From a virus: DNA of 64,000 nucleotides. The stretch covers positions 1-64,000 of IMG/VR virus record IMGVR_UViG_3300024346_000017. One strand, given 5' to 3'. The position numbers were made by a program, and so were the translations under genes. Position 1 is the first letter of the stretch. The number at the start of each line of letters is the position of its first letter. The notes beneath the pieces were generated by a model that was not told the DNA's origin, searched no databases, and saw only the letters and a list, made by a program, of their open reading frames with translations. Below are positions 37,658 through 48,100 of the stretch, piece by piece.

Positions 37658-37870
37658 TTATTCATTTTCTTCTCCTGGGTTAAAAGACGGAACTGGACCT
37701 AATAGATATCCCGCCTCGTGGTACTCAATCATTTTTTCAACATCTTTTGGATCTGCAACTTTGCTGGCTATAAGGCTAAGCAAGTCATATATTCTATGAA
37801 GCATTATGTAGGTAACCATTGGTAGGCTATCTTCTAAATTACTCGTTTCCGCCTTCTGGTCGTCCTGCAT
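37658..37870 (-). CDS. Hypothetical protein
   Basis: ORF track 37658..37900; start uncertain. Confidence 0.6.
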   Translation of the reverse strand: MQDDQKAETSNLEDSLPMVTYIMLHRIYDLLSLIASKVADPKDVEKMIEYHEAGYLLGPVPSFNPGEENE

Positions 37871-37929
37871 CAAGCCACCATATTTCTCTACCCATAGCAT
37901 CCGTTTCGGAAACTATGCCTGACTCAAAC

Positions 37930-38145
37930 TCAAACTCTTTTTTGTTCATCTACTAATTTTACTATATCTTCATACTTAGCTATACCCATTGTATTTTTAT
38001 AATTGCATTCTAGGCAATATAGGTATATTAAAGATTCTCCGTCGCCATTGCATAAAAGAGAGCCTTGATCCTGTGGGCATAAAAGCTTGGGAACAAGGCC
38101 CTCTTCCGAAAGTTTAATGTAAGTAGACACATACTGTATCCTCAT
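37930..38145 (-). CDS. Zn-ribbon protein
   Basis: LLCPQD...YCLEC; AAAGGAAG RBS. Confidence 0.7.
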   Translation of the reverse strand: MRIQYVSTYIKLSEEGLVPKLLCPQDQGSLLCNGDGESLIYLYCLECNYKNTMGIAKYEDIVKLVDEQKRV

Positions 38146-38157
38146 TACACTTCCTTT

Positions 38158-38712
38158 CTAACTATTTGGGAATTTCAAATAAAATTCCTGTGCTCTTGGG
38201 GTTAGACCCTTCCAAGCTGACCAATTAATCCCGCCATTAGTCATGTGATACGCTATCTCTGCATTTATAGTTGGGTCAAATAATAGTACGTTTGACTTTA
38301 AGTTAAATTTTTCTTTACGATCTGTGCCGAGTGAACCCAACATATTGATCTGAAAAATTCCGTAGGAACTGTCTCCAGTATTCCTGTTGCCATTATATGC
38401 CATTGGTCGTCCGTTAGACTCCCTCTTAGCAATGGCCCAGGCCGTTTTAAGGCCTTTACCTTCAAAACCTACTGCCATTAAAAGATCTTTTAAATCTTCA
38501 TCTGACAGAGCCTGAGAAGGCTTATAAACAGTATTGCTGTACTTTTCTAAGGTTTCTTTCTTAAGTTGTACTTCTGTCTTTGGTTTTACTATTAGAGCTT
38601 GAGCGGCTGGTGCACCAACTGTATTCGAAAACAAAAACATTACTGCAATTGTAATCGCTGCATATTGATGAACAATATCGCTTAAGCTTTTCTTTATATT
38701 CTCCATTGGCAT
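38158..38712 (-). CDS. Lysozyme-like / SLT transglycosylase with N-terminal signal or TM
   Basis: AIAKRESNG...SYGIFQIN...LFDP..NA...WSAW. Confidence 0.82.
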   Translation of the reverse strand: MPMENIKKSLSDIVHQYAAITIAVMFLFSNTVGAPAAQALIVKPKTEVQLKKETLEKYSNTVYKPSQALSDEDLKDLLMAVGFEGKGLKTAWAIAKRESNGRPMAYNGNRNTGDSSYGIFQINMLGSLGTDRKEKFNLKSNVLLFDPTINAEIAYHMTNGGINWSAWKGLTPRAQEFYLKFPNS

Positions 38713-39010
38713 TTCCTCCTTTAGAGATAGCGAACTATAATCATACCATTTGAATTAAGAATATGTCAAATCATTTTTCTATTGACAAAGAATATCTAAA
38801 TAGTATACTTCGAATAGGGGGGTCGGGGGGTCAGCAAATCAACACAAATCAACATATATTATATATATGTATATATAGAGTATTATATATTATAGTTAAC
38901 TAAAAAACAACAACAAAAATTATTTTTCTTTTCTTTTATAAAAAAGTTTGATACACTTATACTTCACTTAAAAAATAATCAATCCGTATGGCGGAAGAAA
39001 AAGGCGACAA

Positions 39011-40945
39011 ATGAAAAATACTATCGAAAATCCTTATGAAAACTTTATTGCACTATCAAGATATGCTAAATGGGTAGAAGCAGAAGGACGTAGAGAGACA
39101 TGGGGAGAAACAGTAGATAGATACTTTTCTTTTATGACTAATCACTTAGAAGAAAATCACAATTACATTCCAAATGAAAAGCTAGTTGCGGAATTAAAAG
39201 AGTTTGTTTTTGAACGAAATGTAATGCCCTCCATGAGATCTGTAATGACTTCTGGAGCAGCCCTTGAAAGAGATAATGTAGCTGGGTATAACTGTGCTTT
39301 CTTGCCAGTTGATTCCCCACGTTCTTTTGATGAAACTATGTATGTTTTGATGTGTGGAACTGGCGTTGGATTCTCAGTAGAATACAAGTATATTAATAAA
39401 CTTCCCGCCGTACCAGAAAAACTTGAAAAAACGGATACAGTTATTGTAGTTGAAGATTCAAAACAAGGATGGGCTAAAGCATATCGTGAACTTCTTGCTT
39501 CACTTTGGGCAGGATATATTCCAGCAATTGATGTAACAAAAGTTAGACCTTCTGGTGCAAGATTAAAAACAATGGGTGGTCGCTCATCTGGTCCACAACC
39601 ACTGGTTAACCTTTTTGATTTTACTATTTCAAAATTTAAAGGTGCAACAGGAAGAAACCTTAAACCAATTGAGTGCCATGACATAATGTGCAAAATTGGT
39701 GAAGTGGTTGTAGTTGGTGGAGTTAGACGCTCCGCAATGATTTCACTTTCAAACATAAATGACATTGAAATGGCACAAGCAAAATCAGGCAACTGGTGGG
39801 AAGCTAGCCCACAACGTGCACTATCTAATAACTCAGTTGCATATTCACGCAAACCAGAAATGGAGCAATTTATTGCAGAGTGGAAATCACTTTATGATTC
39901 AAAGTCTGGAGAACGTGGCATTTACAACGTTGCAGCAGCACAAGCACAAGCAGCTAAGTTTGGTAGAAGAGATCCAGAGATACACTATGGAACTAATCCA
40001 TGCTCTGAAATTATCTTGCGTCCATATCAGTTTTGCAATCTTTCAGAAGTAGTAGTTCGTGAAAATGATACTAAAAAAGACATTCAAAGAAAAGTTGAGT
40101 TAGCAACTATACTTGGAACATGGCAATCTACACTGACTGATTTCAAATATCTTCGAAAGATATGGAAAGATAACACAGAAGAAGAAAGATTACTAGGAGT
40201 TTCTTTGACTGGACAATTCGGACACAAGTTTATGTCTGGAAAAGAAGATATAGTTATGCTTGAAGCATTCCTAATGACTCTTCGTGAAAAAGCAAGAGAA
40301 GTAAATAAAGAAGAGTCTGGGAAAATTGGGATTCCTGAGTCTGCCGCTATTACATGTGTAAAGCCTTCTGGAACAGTGTCTCAATTGGTCGGGGTATCTT
40401 CAGGAATGCATCCATGGCATTCTCCATATTATATTCGTACAGTTCGTGGTTCAAAGGGAGATCCAATTTCTACATTTTTAAAGGAAGTTGGAATCCCAGT
40501 AGAAGATGACGTAATGAAACCAAATGAGACTTATGTATTTTCATTTCCAGTCAAAGCTCCAGAGGGAGCAATTGTAAGAAATGACCTAACTGCAATTGAT
40601 CATTTAAATATTTGGCTAGTTTATCAACGTGCATGGTGTGAACACAAACCATCAATTACTGTTTCTGTAAAAGAAGAAGAATGGATGGAAGTAGGGGCTT
40701 GGATATATAAAAACTTTGATGAAGTCTCTGGTATTTCATTCCTGCCTCATTCAGATCATACATATAAACAAGCTCCATACCAAGAGGTTTCAAAAGAAGA
40801 ATATGAGGCATTGGTTGCAAAGATGCCAAACAATATTCGCTGGGAAGACCTATCATTTTATGAGACAGAAGATGGAACCTCACCCTCTGCCACCCTCGCA
40901 TGTAGCTCAGACGGAAATTGCGAGCTTGTAGATATATCTGCCTAG
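39011..40945 (+). CDS. nrdJ: Class II (adenosylcobalamin-dependent) ribonucleotide reductase
   Basis: SRYA...RRETWGETV, PSMR, YNC, GGVRRSA, TNPCSEI, TCVKPSGTVSQL, C-terminal Cys pair. Confidence 0.95.
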   Translation: MKNTIENPYENFIALSRYAKWVEAEGRRETWGETVDRYFSFMTNHLEENHNYIPNEKLVAELKEFVFERNVMPSMRSVMTSGAALERDNVAGYNCAFLPVDSPRSFDETMYVLMCGTGVGFSVEYKYINKLPAVPEKLEKTDTVIVVEDSKQGWAKAYRELLASLWAGYIPAIDVTKVRPSGARLKTMGGRSSGPQPLVNLFDFTISKFKGATGRNLKPIECHDIMCKIGEVVVVGGVRRSAMISLSNINDIEMAQAKSGNWWEASPQRALSNNSVAYSRKPEMEQFIAEWKSLYDSKSGERGIYNVAAAQAQAAKFGRRDPEIHYGTNPCSEIILRPYQFCNLSEVVVRENDTKKDIQRKVELATILGTWQSTLTDFKYLRKIWKDNTEEERLLGVSLTGQFGHKFMSGKEDIVMLEAFLMTLREKAREVNKEESGKIGIPESAAITCVKPSGTVSQLVGVSSGMHPWHSPYYIRTVRGSKGDPISTFLKEVGIPVEDDVMKPNETYVFSFPVKAPEGAIVRNDLTAIDHLNIWLVYQRAWCEHKPSITVSVKEEEWMEVGAWIYKNFDEVSGISFLPHSDHTYKQAPYQEVSKEEYEALVAKMPNNIRWEDLSFYETEDGTSPSATLACSSDGNCELVDISA

Positions 40946-41012
40946 TGGTAGAATAATAGTATTGGGTAAAACCAAAATTCATGGGCAACACCGCCCAAAT
41001 GGAGATGACAAA

Positions 41013-41255
41013 ATGGCTATCAAAAAATTTGATAAAGCTGATTTAAATAAAGATGGGAAAGTAACTATGCAAGAGCAAATCTTAGCAGCAGTAGGAACTT
41101 ACGGAAGAGCATTTTTGGCAGCAGCCACGGCTCTATATATGACTGGCAATACTAATCCAAAGGATTTAATTGCAGCTGGCGTAGCAGCAATTGCTCCAGT
41201 AATTTTAAAGGCACTAAGTCCAAGTAATAAAGAATTTGGATTTACAAGCAAGTAA
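41013..41255 (+). CDS. Holin-like membrane protein with N-terminal EF-hand (ORF track start 40962)
   Basis: DKADLNKDGKVTMQE; YGRAFLAA...PVILKALSP.NKEFG; GGAG RBS. Confidence 0.65.
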   Translation: MAIKKFDKADLNKDGKVTMQEQILAAVGTYGRAFLAAATALYMTGNTNPKDLIAAGVAAIAPVILKALSPSNKEFGFTSK

Positions 41256-41323
41256 TTATTAGTCAATTAGGAATGCCCTTATGCTAAAATGGTGTAAGGG
41301 TATTTCCTTTTAGGGGTAAAAAA

Positions 41324-41668
41324 ATGGCAGCTCAAAAAAATTTTCAAGTAGACGAGAATACGACGTTTACTTTTGAGGTACAATATCTTGATGAAGAAAA
41401 TGCTCCAATACAATTAAACCACCATACAGCAAAAATGCAAGTAAGAGATACACAAGGTGGAAAAAAGTTGGCATTTACATTAACAGAGCAAGACGGAATA
41501 GTTATAACTCCTTCTTTAGGAAAGATTTCAGTTTCCCTATCACCAGAAAGAACTAAAAAGCTTTTTTATCCTAAGTCTGCATATGATTTAGTTATAATTG
41601 ATCCAAGTATTAATATAACAAGACTGCTAGAAGGATATCTAACATTAAATAGGGCGGTAACTATATAA
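41324..41668 (+). CDS. Virion structural protein (BppU/baseplate-like)
   Basis: TAKMQVR...YDLVI...TRLLEG.LTL pattern. Confidence 0.6.
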   Translation: MAAQKNFQVDENTTFTFEVQYLDEENAPIQLNHHTAKMQVRDTQGGKKLAFTLTEQDGIVITPSLGKISVSLSPERTKKLFYPKSAYDLVIIDPSINITRLLEGYLTLNRAVTI

Positions 41669-42105
41669 TGGCAACCCGCTTAATTGTAACCGAAAATAAT
41701 CCACTTGTAGTAGTAAGAGCATCTGGGTCCCCAGGAAGAACAATTATTAGCGGTGAAGGAAACCCAGCAAATTCTCTCGGAGCCCCAGGAGACTTCTACT
41801 TTGATACAAACACCACAAGGTTTTGGGGCCCGAAGTCACTAGTTTCAAATTCTTGGAATATACAGGACAGCTTTGTTCTAGATAAGCAAGTATCATTTAT
41901 GTATTCATGGGAAATGAGCCAAATAACTGGCCCAGTAAATGGCATATATTCAGTAGTTATAAATCACAATTTGCAATTTAACCCAAATGTTTCAGTCAAG
42001 TCAAGTTCTGGGGACATCTTAGAAACGGGAATAGACTATAATAGTATTAACCAAATAACATTGACAATGGCCCAGCCATTTTCGGGGACAGCATACCTGT
42101 CCTAA
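41668..42105 (+). CDS. Virion structural protein
   Basis: G.PGDFYFD...WGPK; INHNL..NP.V. Confidence 0.65.
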   Translation: MATRLIVTENNPLVVVRASGSPGRTIISGEGNPANSLGAPGDFYFDTNTTRFWGPKSLVSNSWNIQDSFVLDKQVSFMYSWEMSQITGPVNGIYSVVINHNLQFNPNVSVKSSSGDILETGIDYNSINQITLTMAQPFSGTAYLS

Positions 42106-42120
42106 AAAGGAGATATAAAA

Positions 42121-43320
42121 ATGGCAAGAAAATTTTTAGTAAGCATTGATTTAAACAAGAATGAATTACTCAATGCTAGAATTCAAAACTTAGGATCAGC
42201 CCCATCAAACCCAGTCATTGGTCAGATCTACTACAACAGTGGCGACAATGTTATGTACTACTACAATGGACTAGCATCACCAAACGGTCCATGGCAGTCA
42301 ATGAGTGGTTCTCAAGAAGTAATTCAAGATGTAATTGGCGCATCAATTGAAGGCGGAGTTGGACTAACAAAGACATACGTTGATTCTACAGGAATCACAA
42401 CAATAGATTTAGATGACACAGCAGTAGCAACTGGTTCATATGGTTCGCAAACAAAAATACCTACATTTACAGTAGATCAGCAAGGTAGATTAACTGCAGC
42501 TGGTGAAGTAGATGTTGCAACAGAACTTTCAATAACTGGAGACACTGGAACAACTGCAATTTCTCTTCTTACAGAAGGATTAACAGTAAATGGCGGAGAA
42601 GGAATTGATGTTGCTGTAACAAATAATGCAATTACAATTTCAGCAGAAGATGCAAGTACAACAAACAAGGGTGTTGCTTCTTTTGATGCAGCAGACTTTA
42701 ATGTAAATGCAGGCGTAGTAACTGTAAAAGATATTAATTTAGATTCACAAACAACAGGTGACTATGTAGCAACTATTATTGGAACAGCAAACGAAGTTAC
42801 TGTTTCTCCAAATAGCGGACATAATGCCGCAGTAACAATTGGTTTGCCAGACAATGTAGAAATTGCTGGAAACTTACAAGTTGGAGGAAACTTAAATGTT
42901 ATTGGAACTGTTAACTCTGTAAACACCACACAGATTAATATTGAAGATAATAAAGTAAAGCTTAACAGTAATTTTACTGGTGCCCCAACTACAGACGCTG
43001 GATTAACAGTTGAGCGTGGATCAGAAACAGATGTAGAAATTCTATGGAATGAAACATCTGATAAATGGACATTAACTAATAATGGAACAGACTATCATGT
43101 AATTACTAGAAAGTATGCAGAAACTCTCGGAGCTTCAGCAACATCTTATACAATAACACACAATCTTGGTACAACAGATGTAACCGTACAAATCTTTGAA
43201 TCAGCGGCACCATTTGCTCAAGTAGAAGCAGATGTTCAAAGATCAGCTGCAAATTCTGTAACCATCAACTTTGCCTCTGCACCAGCTGCTGGAGAATACA
43301 GAGTAGTTGTAGTAGGCTAA
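42121..43320 (+). CDS. Tail/fibre-associated structural protein
   Basis: GQIYYN, VDQQGRLTAA, IEDN, ILWNET.DKW, ITHNLGT. Confidence 0.7.
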   Translation: MARKFLVSIDLNKNELLNARIQNLGSAPSNPVIGQIYYNSGDNVMYYYNGLASPNGPWQSMSGSQEVIQDVIGASIEGGVGLTKTYVDSTGITTIDLDDTAVATGSYGSQTKIPTFTVDQQGRLTAAGEVDVATELSITGDTGTTAISLLTEGLTVNGGEGIDVAVTNNAITISAEDASTTNKGVASFDAADFNVNAGVVTVKDINLDSQTTGDYVATIIGTANEVTVSPNSGHNAAVTIGLPDNVEIAGNLQVGGNLNVIGTVNSVNTTQINIEDNKVKLNSNFTGAPTTDAGLTVERGSETDVEILWNETSDKWTLTNNGTDYHVITRKYAETLGASATSYTITHNLGTTDVTVQIFESAAPFAQVEADVQRSAANSVTINFASAPAAGEYRVVVVG

Positions 43321-43322
43321 TC

Positions 43323-43781
43323 ATGTCTAGACAAATGCTAGTCCCACTAAGACTTCTAGCTTTGTCAACAGACCCAGTTTTTGGACAAGTTGGCGAAATT
43401 TATATAAACACAGTAACTAAAAATTTACGTGTTCATAATGGAACTACTTGGATAGAGCTTACCCCACCAAGTACAGACCCAACACCATTTTATATGCACA
43501 CCCACACATTTGATGGAGATGTACATACAATTGATATACAAAATCAAATTGATTTTAAATCATTATCTAATCCAAATACACCAGGCAAAGTATTGCCAGA
43601 GATTATAGGTTATGACGGTGGAAATCCTTCAGATAATCTAGCAACACCGTCATTTGTAGAAGAAAGTTTATTTGACGCTGGTTTATTTGATGGCACACAA
43701 GAAGAAACAACAGAAACAGGAACAGGTGGCGGAGGTTCCGAAGATTTCGAAGCACCATCACTTGATGGAGGAGGCTCATAA
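43323..43781 (+). CDS. Virion structural protein
   Basis: GEIYIN...NGTTW; DGG tail. Confidence 0.65.
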   Translation: MSRQMLVPLRLLALSTDPVFGQVGEIYINTVTKNLRVHNGTTWIELTPPSTDPTPFYMHTHTFDGDVHTIDIQNQIDFKSLSNPNTPGKVLPEIIGYDGGNPSDNLATPSFVEESLFDAGLFDGTQEETTETGTGGGGSEDFEAPSLDGGGS

Positions 43782-45427
43782 TGGCATTAAAAATTCAATT
43801 AAGAAGAGACATAGCAGCAAACTGGACAGCGAACAATCCACTTCTTTTAAACGGTGAAATTGGAATAGAAACCGATACACTTAAATTTAAGGTTGGTAAT
43901 GGAACGCAAAGATGGAATGCCCTTACAAATTATGCCCTTAAGCCAGGACAAGCAAATGGAGTAGCCACATTAGGATCAGATGGCAAAATTCCTCTGTCAC
44001 AACTACCAGACCAGGTGTCACTTGACGCAGAAGCTTTATTAGCAATACAAAATGCTTTATCTTCAATAACAACAACAGATATTGAAGAAGGATCTAATTT
44101 ATATTTTACAAACCTTAGAGTACAAAACGCAGGCGCTACAATGTTTGATGCAATCGGTTCTGCAGCTATTGCCTTAGATGCAGCTAAAACAGACGCAGCC
44201 GCAAAAGTAAATCAATCTAATGCAGTTGCATTAGTCGACGCAACATTAAAGGCCAATCAGGCTGTGCTAACTGCAAAAGCAGATTCAGAGCTATTTACTA
44301 ATACTGCAATTAATTCACTTACAACTTCTGATATAGAAGAAGGAACAAGACTTTATTTTACTCCTTTAAGAGTTAATGATATAGTTGGTCCGCTTATTTC
44401 AGAAACAAGAGGATATGTAGATAGCCAACTAGTTGTTGCTAAAGCATATACCGATACAGCATTATCTGGTTTTGTTCCACCAATATCTAACATAAGCTCT
44501 ACTTCAGATGTTCCAGAAGGAAGCAATTTGTATTTTACAAATTCAAGAGCAATTACAGCAACTCAAGCAGCAAGAACTTCTGTTTTAGTTTCAGCACTTG
44601 GAGCCGTAGACGATTTAAGAACAGAAATTAATACTAGCTTAACAAATTATGTCCCAATTTTAGAATTAACAAATTACATTCCAATTTCAGATAGAAATTC
44701 TTCTGGTGGAATTGCTGGTTTAGACTTAAATAGCAAAATATTAGAATCTGTTATCCCACAAACAATAGCAAGATCTTCAGATTTAGTTTCTGCTATTGAA
44801 GGAGTTATTGCTTCTGCACCAACAGCATTTGATACCCTTAAAGAGATTTCAGACTACATTTCACAAGATCAAACTGCTGCATCAGCAGTAACAGCATCGC
44901 TTGCAACAAAAGCCCCAATCGCTTCACCAACATTTACTGGAACAGTGACGATACCAGCAGGAGCAATCATTCCAGGGTTTGCACCAATTGCATCTCCTAC
45001 ATTTACTGGAATAGTTACAATACCAACAGGCGCATTAATATCTGGATATGCCACATCTATTGATTTAACGTCTGGCCTATCAACTACTTTAACTGCCGCC
45101 AATGACTATACAGATTTAGCAATAGACGGCATCGAGAGCTCGCTGGGGGGATACCAACCAGAATCTGAAAGAAATCAAACCAGCGGGTATGCTGGACTAG
45201 ATGCATCTGGAAAAATATTAACATCTGCAGTTCCTGTAATATCAAACACCATGCTTGAAAATAATTCAATTAATATAAATGGAACAGCAATAGAGCTTGG
45301 TGGAACAGTTATTACTGGATATACAAATGGAGTTTCTGGGTCAAGTGTTAACAAAATTAGTTATGGAACAAATGTAACGCCACCTTCAAGCGGAAATTCT
45401 GCTGGAGATATTTACATTCAGTACTAA
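43781..45427 (+). CDS. Tail fibre protein with Mtd-N/hyaluronidase-like N-terminal domain
   Basis: IQLRR...W...NP.L..GEIGIETDT.KFKVG.G...W..L; EGSNLYFT repeats; FDTLKEI. Confidence 0.8.
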   Translation: MALKIQLRRDIAANWTANNPLLLNGEIGIETDTLKFKVGNGTQRWNALTNYALKPGQANGVATLGSDGKIPLSQLPDQVSLDAEALLAIQNALSSITTTDIEEGSNLYFTNLRVQNAGATMFDAIGSAAIALDAAKTDAAAKVNQSNAVALVDATLKANQAVLTAKADSELFTNTAINSLTTSDIEEGTRLYFTPLRVNDIVGPLISETRGYVDSQLVVAKAYTDTALSGFVPPISNISSTSDVPEGSNLYFTNSRAITATQAARTSVLVSALGAVDDLRTEINTSLTNYVPILELTNYIPISDRNSSGGIAGLDLNSKILESVIPQTIARSSDLVSAIEGVIASAPTAFDTLKEISDYISQDQTAASAVTASLATKAPIASPTFTGTVTIPAGAIIPGFAPIASPTFTGIVTIPTGALISGYATSIDLTSGLSTTLTAANDYTDLAIDGIESSLGGYQPESERNQTSGYAGLDASGKILTSAVPVISNTMLENNSININGTAIELGGTVITGYTNGVSGSSVNKISYGTNVTPPSSGNSAGDIYIQY

Positions 45428-45436
45428 GGAGACCAA

Positions 45437-47821
45437 ATGCCGCTAAATATTTTTGACGGTTCCAGCTGGAATCCTTTAAAAAAAGTACAGATTCATGATG
45501 GTACATCCTGGAATGAATCAAAAGCGGCATATATATGGGACGGATCAGAATGGAAATCACTTCTCGATTTAAAACCAAAAAACACTGAGTTACCAGCTTT
45601 ATCTTTACAAGAAGGAGTTTATCTTTATGCTGCCCAAGAAACAGTTTCTGTTTCTAATGGAATATGGGAAAACTCTCCAACATCATTTAAGTATCAATGG
45701 CAAAAATCCCCATTTAGCTCATCTAGTTACAACTGGTCTGATATAACAGGCAAGACATCAAATACCTTGCTTTTAGATGAAGACGAATGGAGCTCATCAA
45801 GAAACCTTAAATATGTTGGATATGTAGTAAGGTGTAAGGTAACTGCTACAAATGCTGCTGGAGATAATGATCCTGCAGTCTACACTATTCCTAGCCCAAT
45901 AATAGCTCCACAAAAACTTTCCGTTTTATCCGCTTCGGTTATTTCAAACGGAGTAGTAAAAATTGATTGGCAAAAGCCTATTGGAGCAAATGATTTTTAT
46001 ATACAGTATCAAGGACCAGAAGTTGCTTTTACAGAAACACAATCGCTTGGAGATGTTGATACTTTAACAATAGATACTGGAAGTTCTGGTGGAACTCTTG
46101 GAATCTTAATAAATCCAAAAAATAATTCAAACGCATCTGGAATGGCTCTTACTGGGCTTGGCAAAAATGCATCAATTAGTGATCTAAAACCAAATAAGCC
46201 TTACGTTACAACAACTATGGAATCATTCTCATGGGGAGGAAGGTTAAGATGGACCAACACTTTAATAAATCAAACATCGTGGGTAATATATAACAATGGG
46301 CAACTATACGCAAGTTCGTTTTTAAATGATCCGTCCGCTACCTCATTTGATATAGATAGGTTTGGAGAAGGAGGCTCAACCTTCGGATCATTTACAATTA
46401 CGGTTACTGGAACAGCTCCAAGATTTACAGAAACATCCTGGCCTTCAACACCACCGCTTTCTATAGTATATCCCGCAGTTCCTTTGCCAGTTAATCAAGT
46501 AGCTCCTACAGTATCTACTTCAAATGGAAGAGTATTTGCCTCAACTACTGGAACATGGTCAAACACATCTTCTATATATAGCTATCTTTATGAATGGTTT
46601 GCTAATGGTTCTCCAATAGACAGTGCATTTATTACTGAGTCAGATACTATAAATCTTTATGACACCACACAGTATGATAATATGTCAATAACTTCTGCTG
46701 TATATGTTTTAACAACAGACTTAAGAACAACTTCAGCAACAGCAAGCAGTAACTCTGCCCAATCAAATCCAGTTCCTCCCACAACATATACAATTCCAAA
46801 TTTGATTGGAACATATAATCCCTCTGATACAACTAACTATAATATTTCAAATGGCTCAACACTTGGCACTACTGATTATACAAAAGAGGGACAAGTTTAC
46901 ATGCAGTCTCCAGGAGCTGGTGCATCTGTAAGCACATCTCCAAAACCAACAATTACTGTATACAGATACGTTTACGAAGCTGCTCCTCAATACACTTATT
47001 ATGCAGGATATTCTGCATGTAATAACAATAATGGTGCCCCTTATATCCAAGAGCCATCTGTTAGCGGTCCGTATACAGGATCATCAATACCACAAGATAT
47101 TTCTACGGGCCCAAGCACATACAGAGAAGTTATTAGATACAGGACAACATCCGCAGCAGCTTTATCCGCAGCAGCACAAGCAGGATGTGAAACACCAGTC
47201 TTTGCACCACCAGCTTTTGCACCAGCACAATTTACAATTCCAAATTTAGTTGGATCATATAATCCTTCTAGTACATCAAGCTACAATATTTCAGTAGGTG
47301 CAGTAACTTCAACTGCAGACTATACAAAAGAGGGAATTGTTGCATCTCAATCTCCTACAGGAGGAACATCTGTAAATGCTTCTCCTATTCCTACAATTAC
47401 TGTATCAAAGTATTCTTATGTAGCTCCGCCGCCTGAACCAACTGTAACTTATTATCAGGGGTATTCTGCTTGCAATAACTTCTCTGGAGTTTATGCCTCT
47501 GCTCCATCTGTTAGTGGTCCATATACAGCATCATCAATGCCAACAGATGTTATTACTGGGCCAAGCTCAAACAGAGAAGTTCTTAAGTATAGATCAACAT
47601 CTGAAGCAGCTTTATCCGCAGCAGCACAAGCAGGATGTGAAACACCTTCCTTCGCACCACCAGTCTTCTTCGCACCACCAGTCTTCTTCGCACCACCAGT
47701 CTTCTTCGCACCACCAGTCTTCTTCGCACCACCAGTCTTCTTCGCACCACCAGTCTTCTTCGCACCACCAGTCTTCTTCGCACCACCAACATTTGGTTCT
47801 CGTTTCATAAGATCATATTGA
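45437..47821 (+). CDS. Virion surface protein: Ig/FN3-like domains, two PASTA-like repeats, (FFAPPV)n tail and FGSRFIRSY end
   Basis: FKYQWQ...RCKVTATN; TIPNL[I/V]G...QSP..G.SV x2; repeat tail. Confidence 0.75.
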   Translation: MPLNIFDGSSWNPLKKVQIHDGTSWNESKAAYIWDGSEWKSLLDLKPKNTELPALSLQEGVYLYAAQETVSVSNGIWENSPTSFKYQWQKSPFSSSSYNWSDITGKTSNTLLLDEDEWSSSRNLKYVGYVVRCKVTATNAAGDNDPAVYTIPSPIIAPQKLSVLSASVISNGVVKIDWQKPIGANDFYIQYQGPEVAFTETQSLGDVDTLTIDTGSSGGTLGILINPKNNSNASGMALTGLGKNASISDLKPNKPYVTTTMESFSWGGRLRWTNTLINQTSWVIYNNGQLYASSFLNDPSATSFDIDRFGEGGSTFGSFTITVTGTAPRFTETSWPSTPPLSIVYPAVPLPVNQVAPTVSTSNGRVFASTTGTWSNTSSIYSYLYEWFANGSPIDSAFITESDTINLYDTTQYDNMSITSAVYVLTTDLRTTSATASSNSAQSNPVPPTTYTIPNLIGTYNPSDTTNYNISNGSTLGTTDYTKEGQVYMQSPGAGASVSTSPKPTITVYRYVYEAAPQYTYYAGYSACNNNNGAPYIQEPSVSGPYTGSSIPQDISTGPSTYREVIRYRTTSAAALSAAAQAGCETPVFAPPAFAPAQFTIPNLVGSYNPSSTSSYNISVGAVTSTADYTKEGIVASQSPTGGTSVNASPIPTITVSKYSYVAPPPEPTVTYYQGYSACNNFSGVYASAPSVSGPYTASSMPTDVITGPSSNREVLKYRSTSEAALSAAAQAGCETPSFAPPVFFAPPVFFAPPVFFAPPVFFAPPVFFAPPVFFAPPVFFAPPTFGSRFIRSY
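47651..47791 (+). repeat. 18-bp tandem repeat encoding FFAPPV (about 8 units)
   Basis: TTCTTCGCACCACCAGTC repeated perfectly. Confidence 0.97.
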
Positions 47822-47831
47822 TGTATAATAT

Positions 47832-48029
47832 ATGAAAGAGACAAAACCATGGGACCTTTTAAATCCAAGCACTGAATTTGCTTCAGAATCTGTTCAAGAA
47901 GAAAGATATGTAATATGTCAAGCATGTCCAGAATTTATCGGATTGACTAAGCAATGCAGAAAATGCGGATGTTTAATGAAGTTAAAAACAAAAATTTTAG
48001 CATCAGAATGCCCATTACAAAAATGGTAA
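47832..48029 (+). CDS. Small Cys-rich protein (CxxC...CxxCGC...CP..KW)
   Basis: ERYVICQACPEF...QCRKCGCLM...ECPLQKW. Confidence 0.75.
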   Translation: MKETKPWDLLNPSTEFASESVQEERYVICQACPEFIGLTKQCRKCGCLMKLKTKILASECPLQKW

Positions 48030-48100
48030 ATTAGGATGGTTTATAAAGTTTTATAAGATATAATTAACTAAGTAACACGATTCACACAAGGGGGTAGCCA

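Noticed and set aside
39011-40945. Intein or intron in nrdJ (also checked in the portal)
   Set aside because: Both are of normal length and uninterrupted, with no splicing motifs.
47491-47925. Alternative-frame ORFs (GGAKKT)n, (HHQSSS)n and (LVVRRR)n, and equivalents at 53526-54155
   Set aside because: Shadows of the FFAPP repeat; the synonymous variation preserves only the FFAPP frame.
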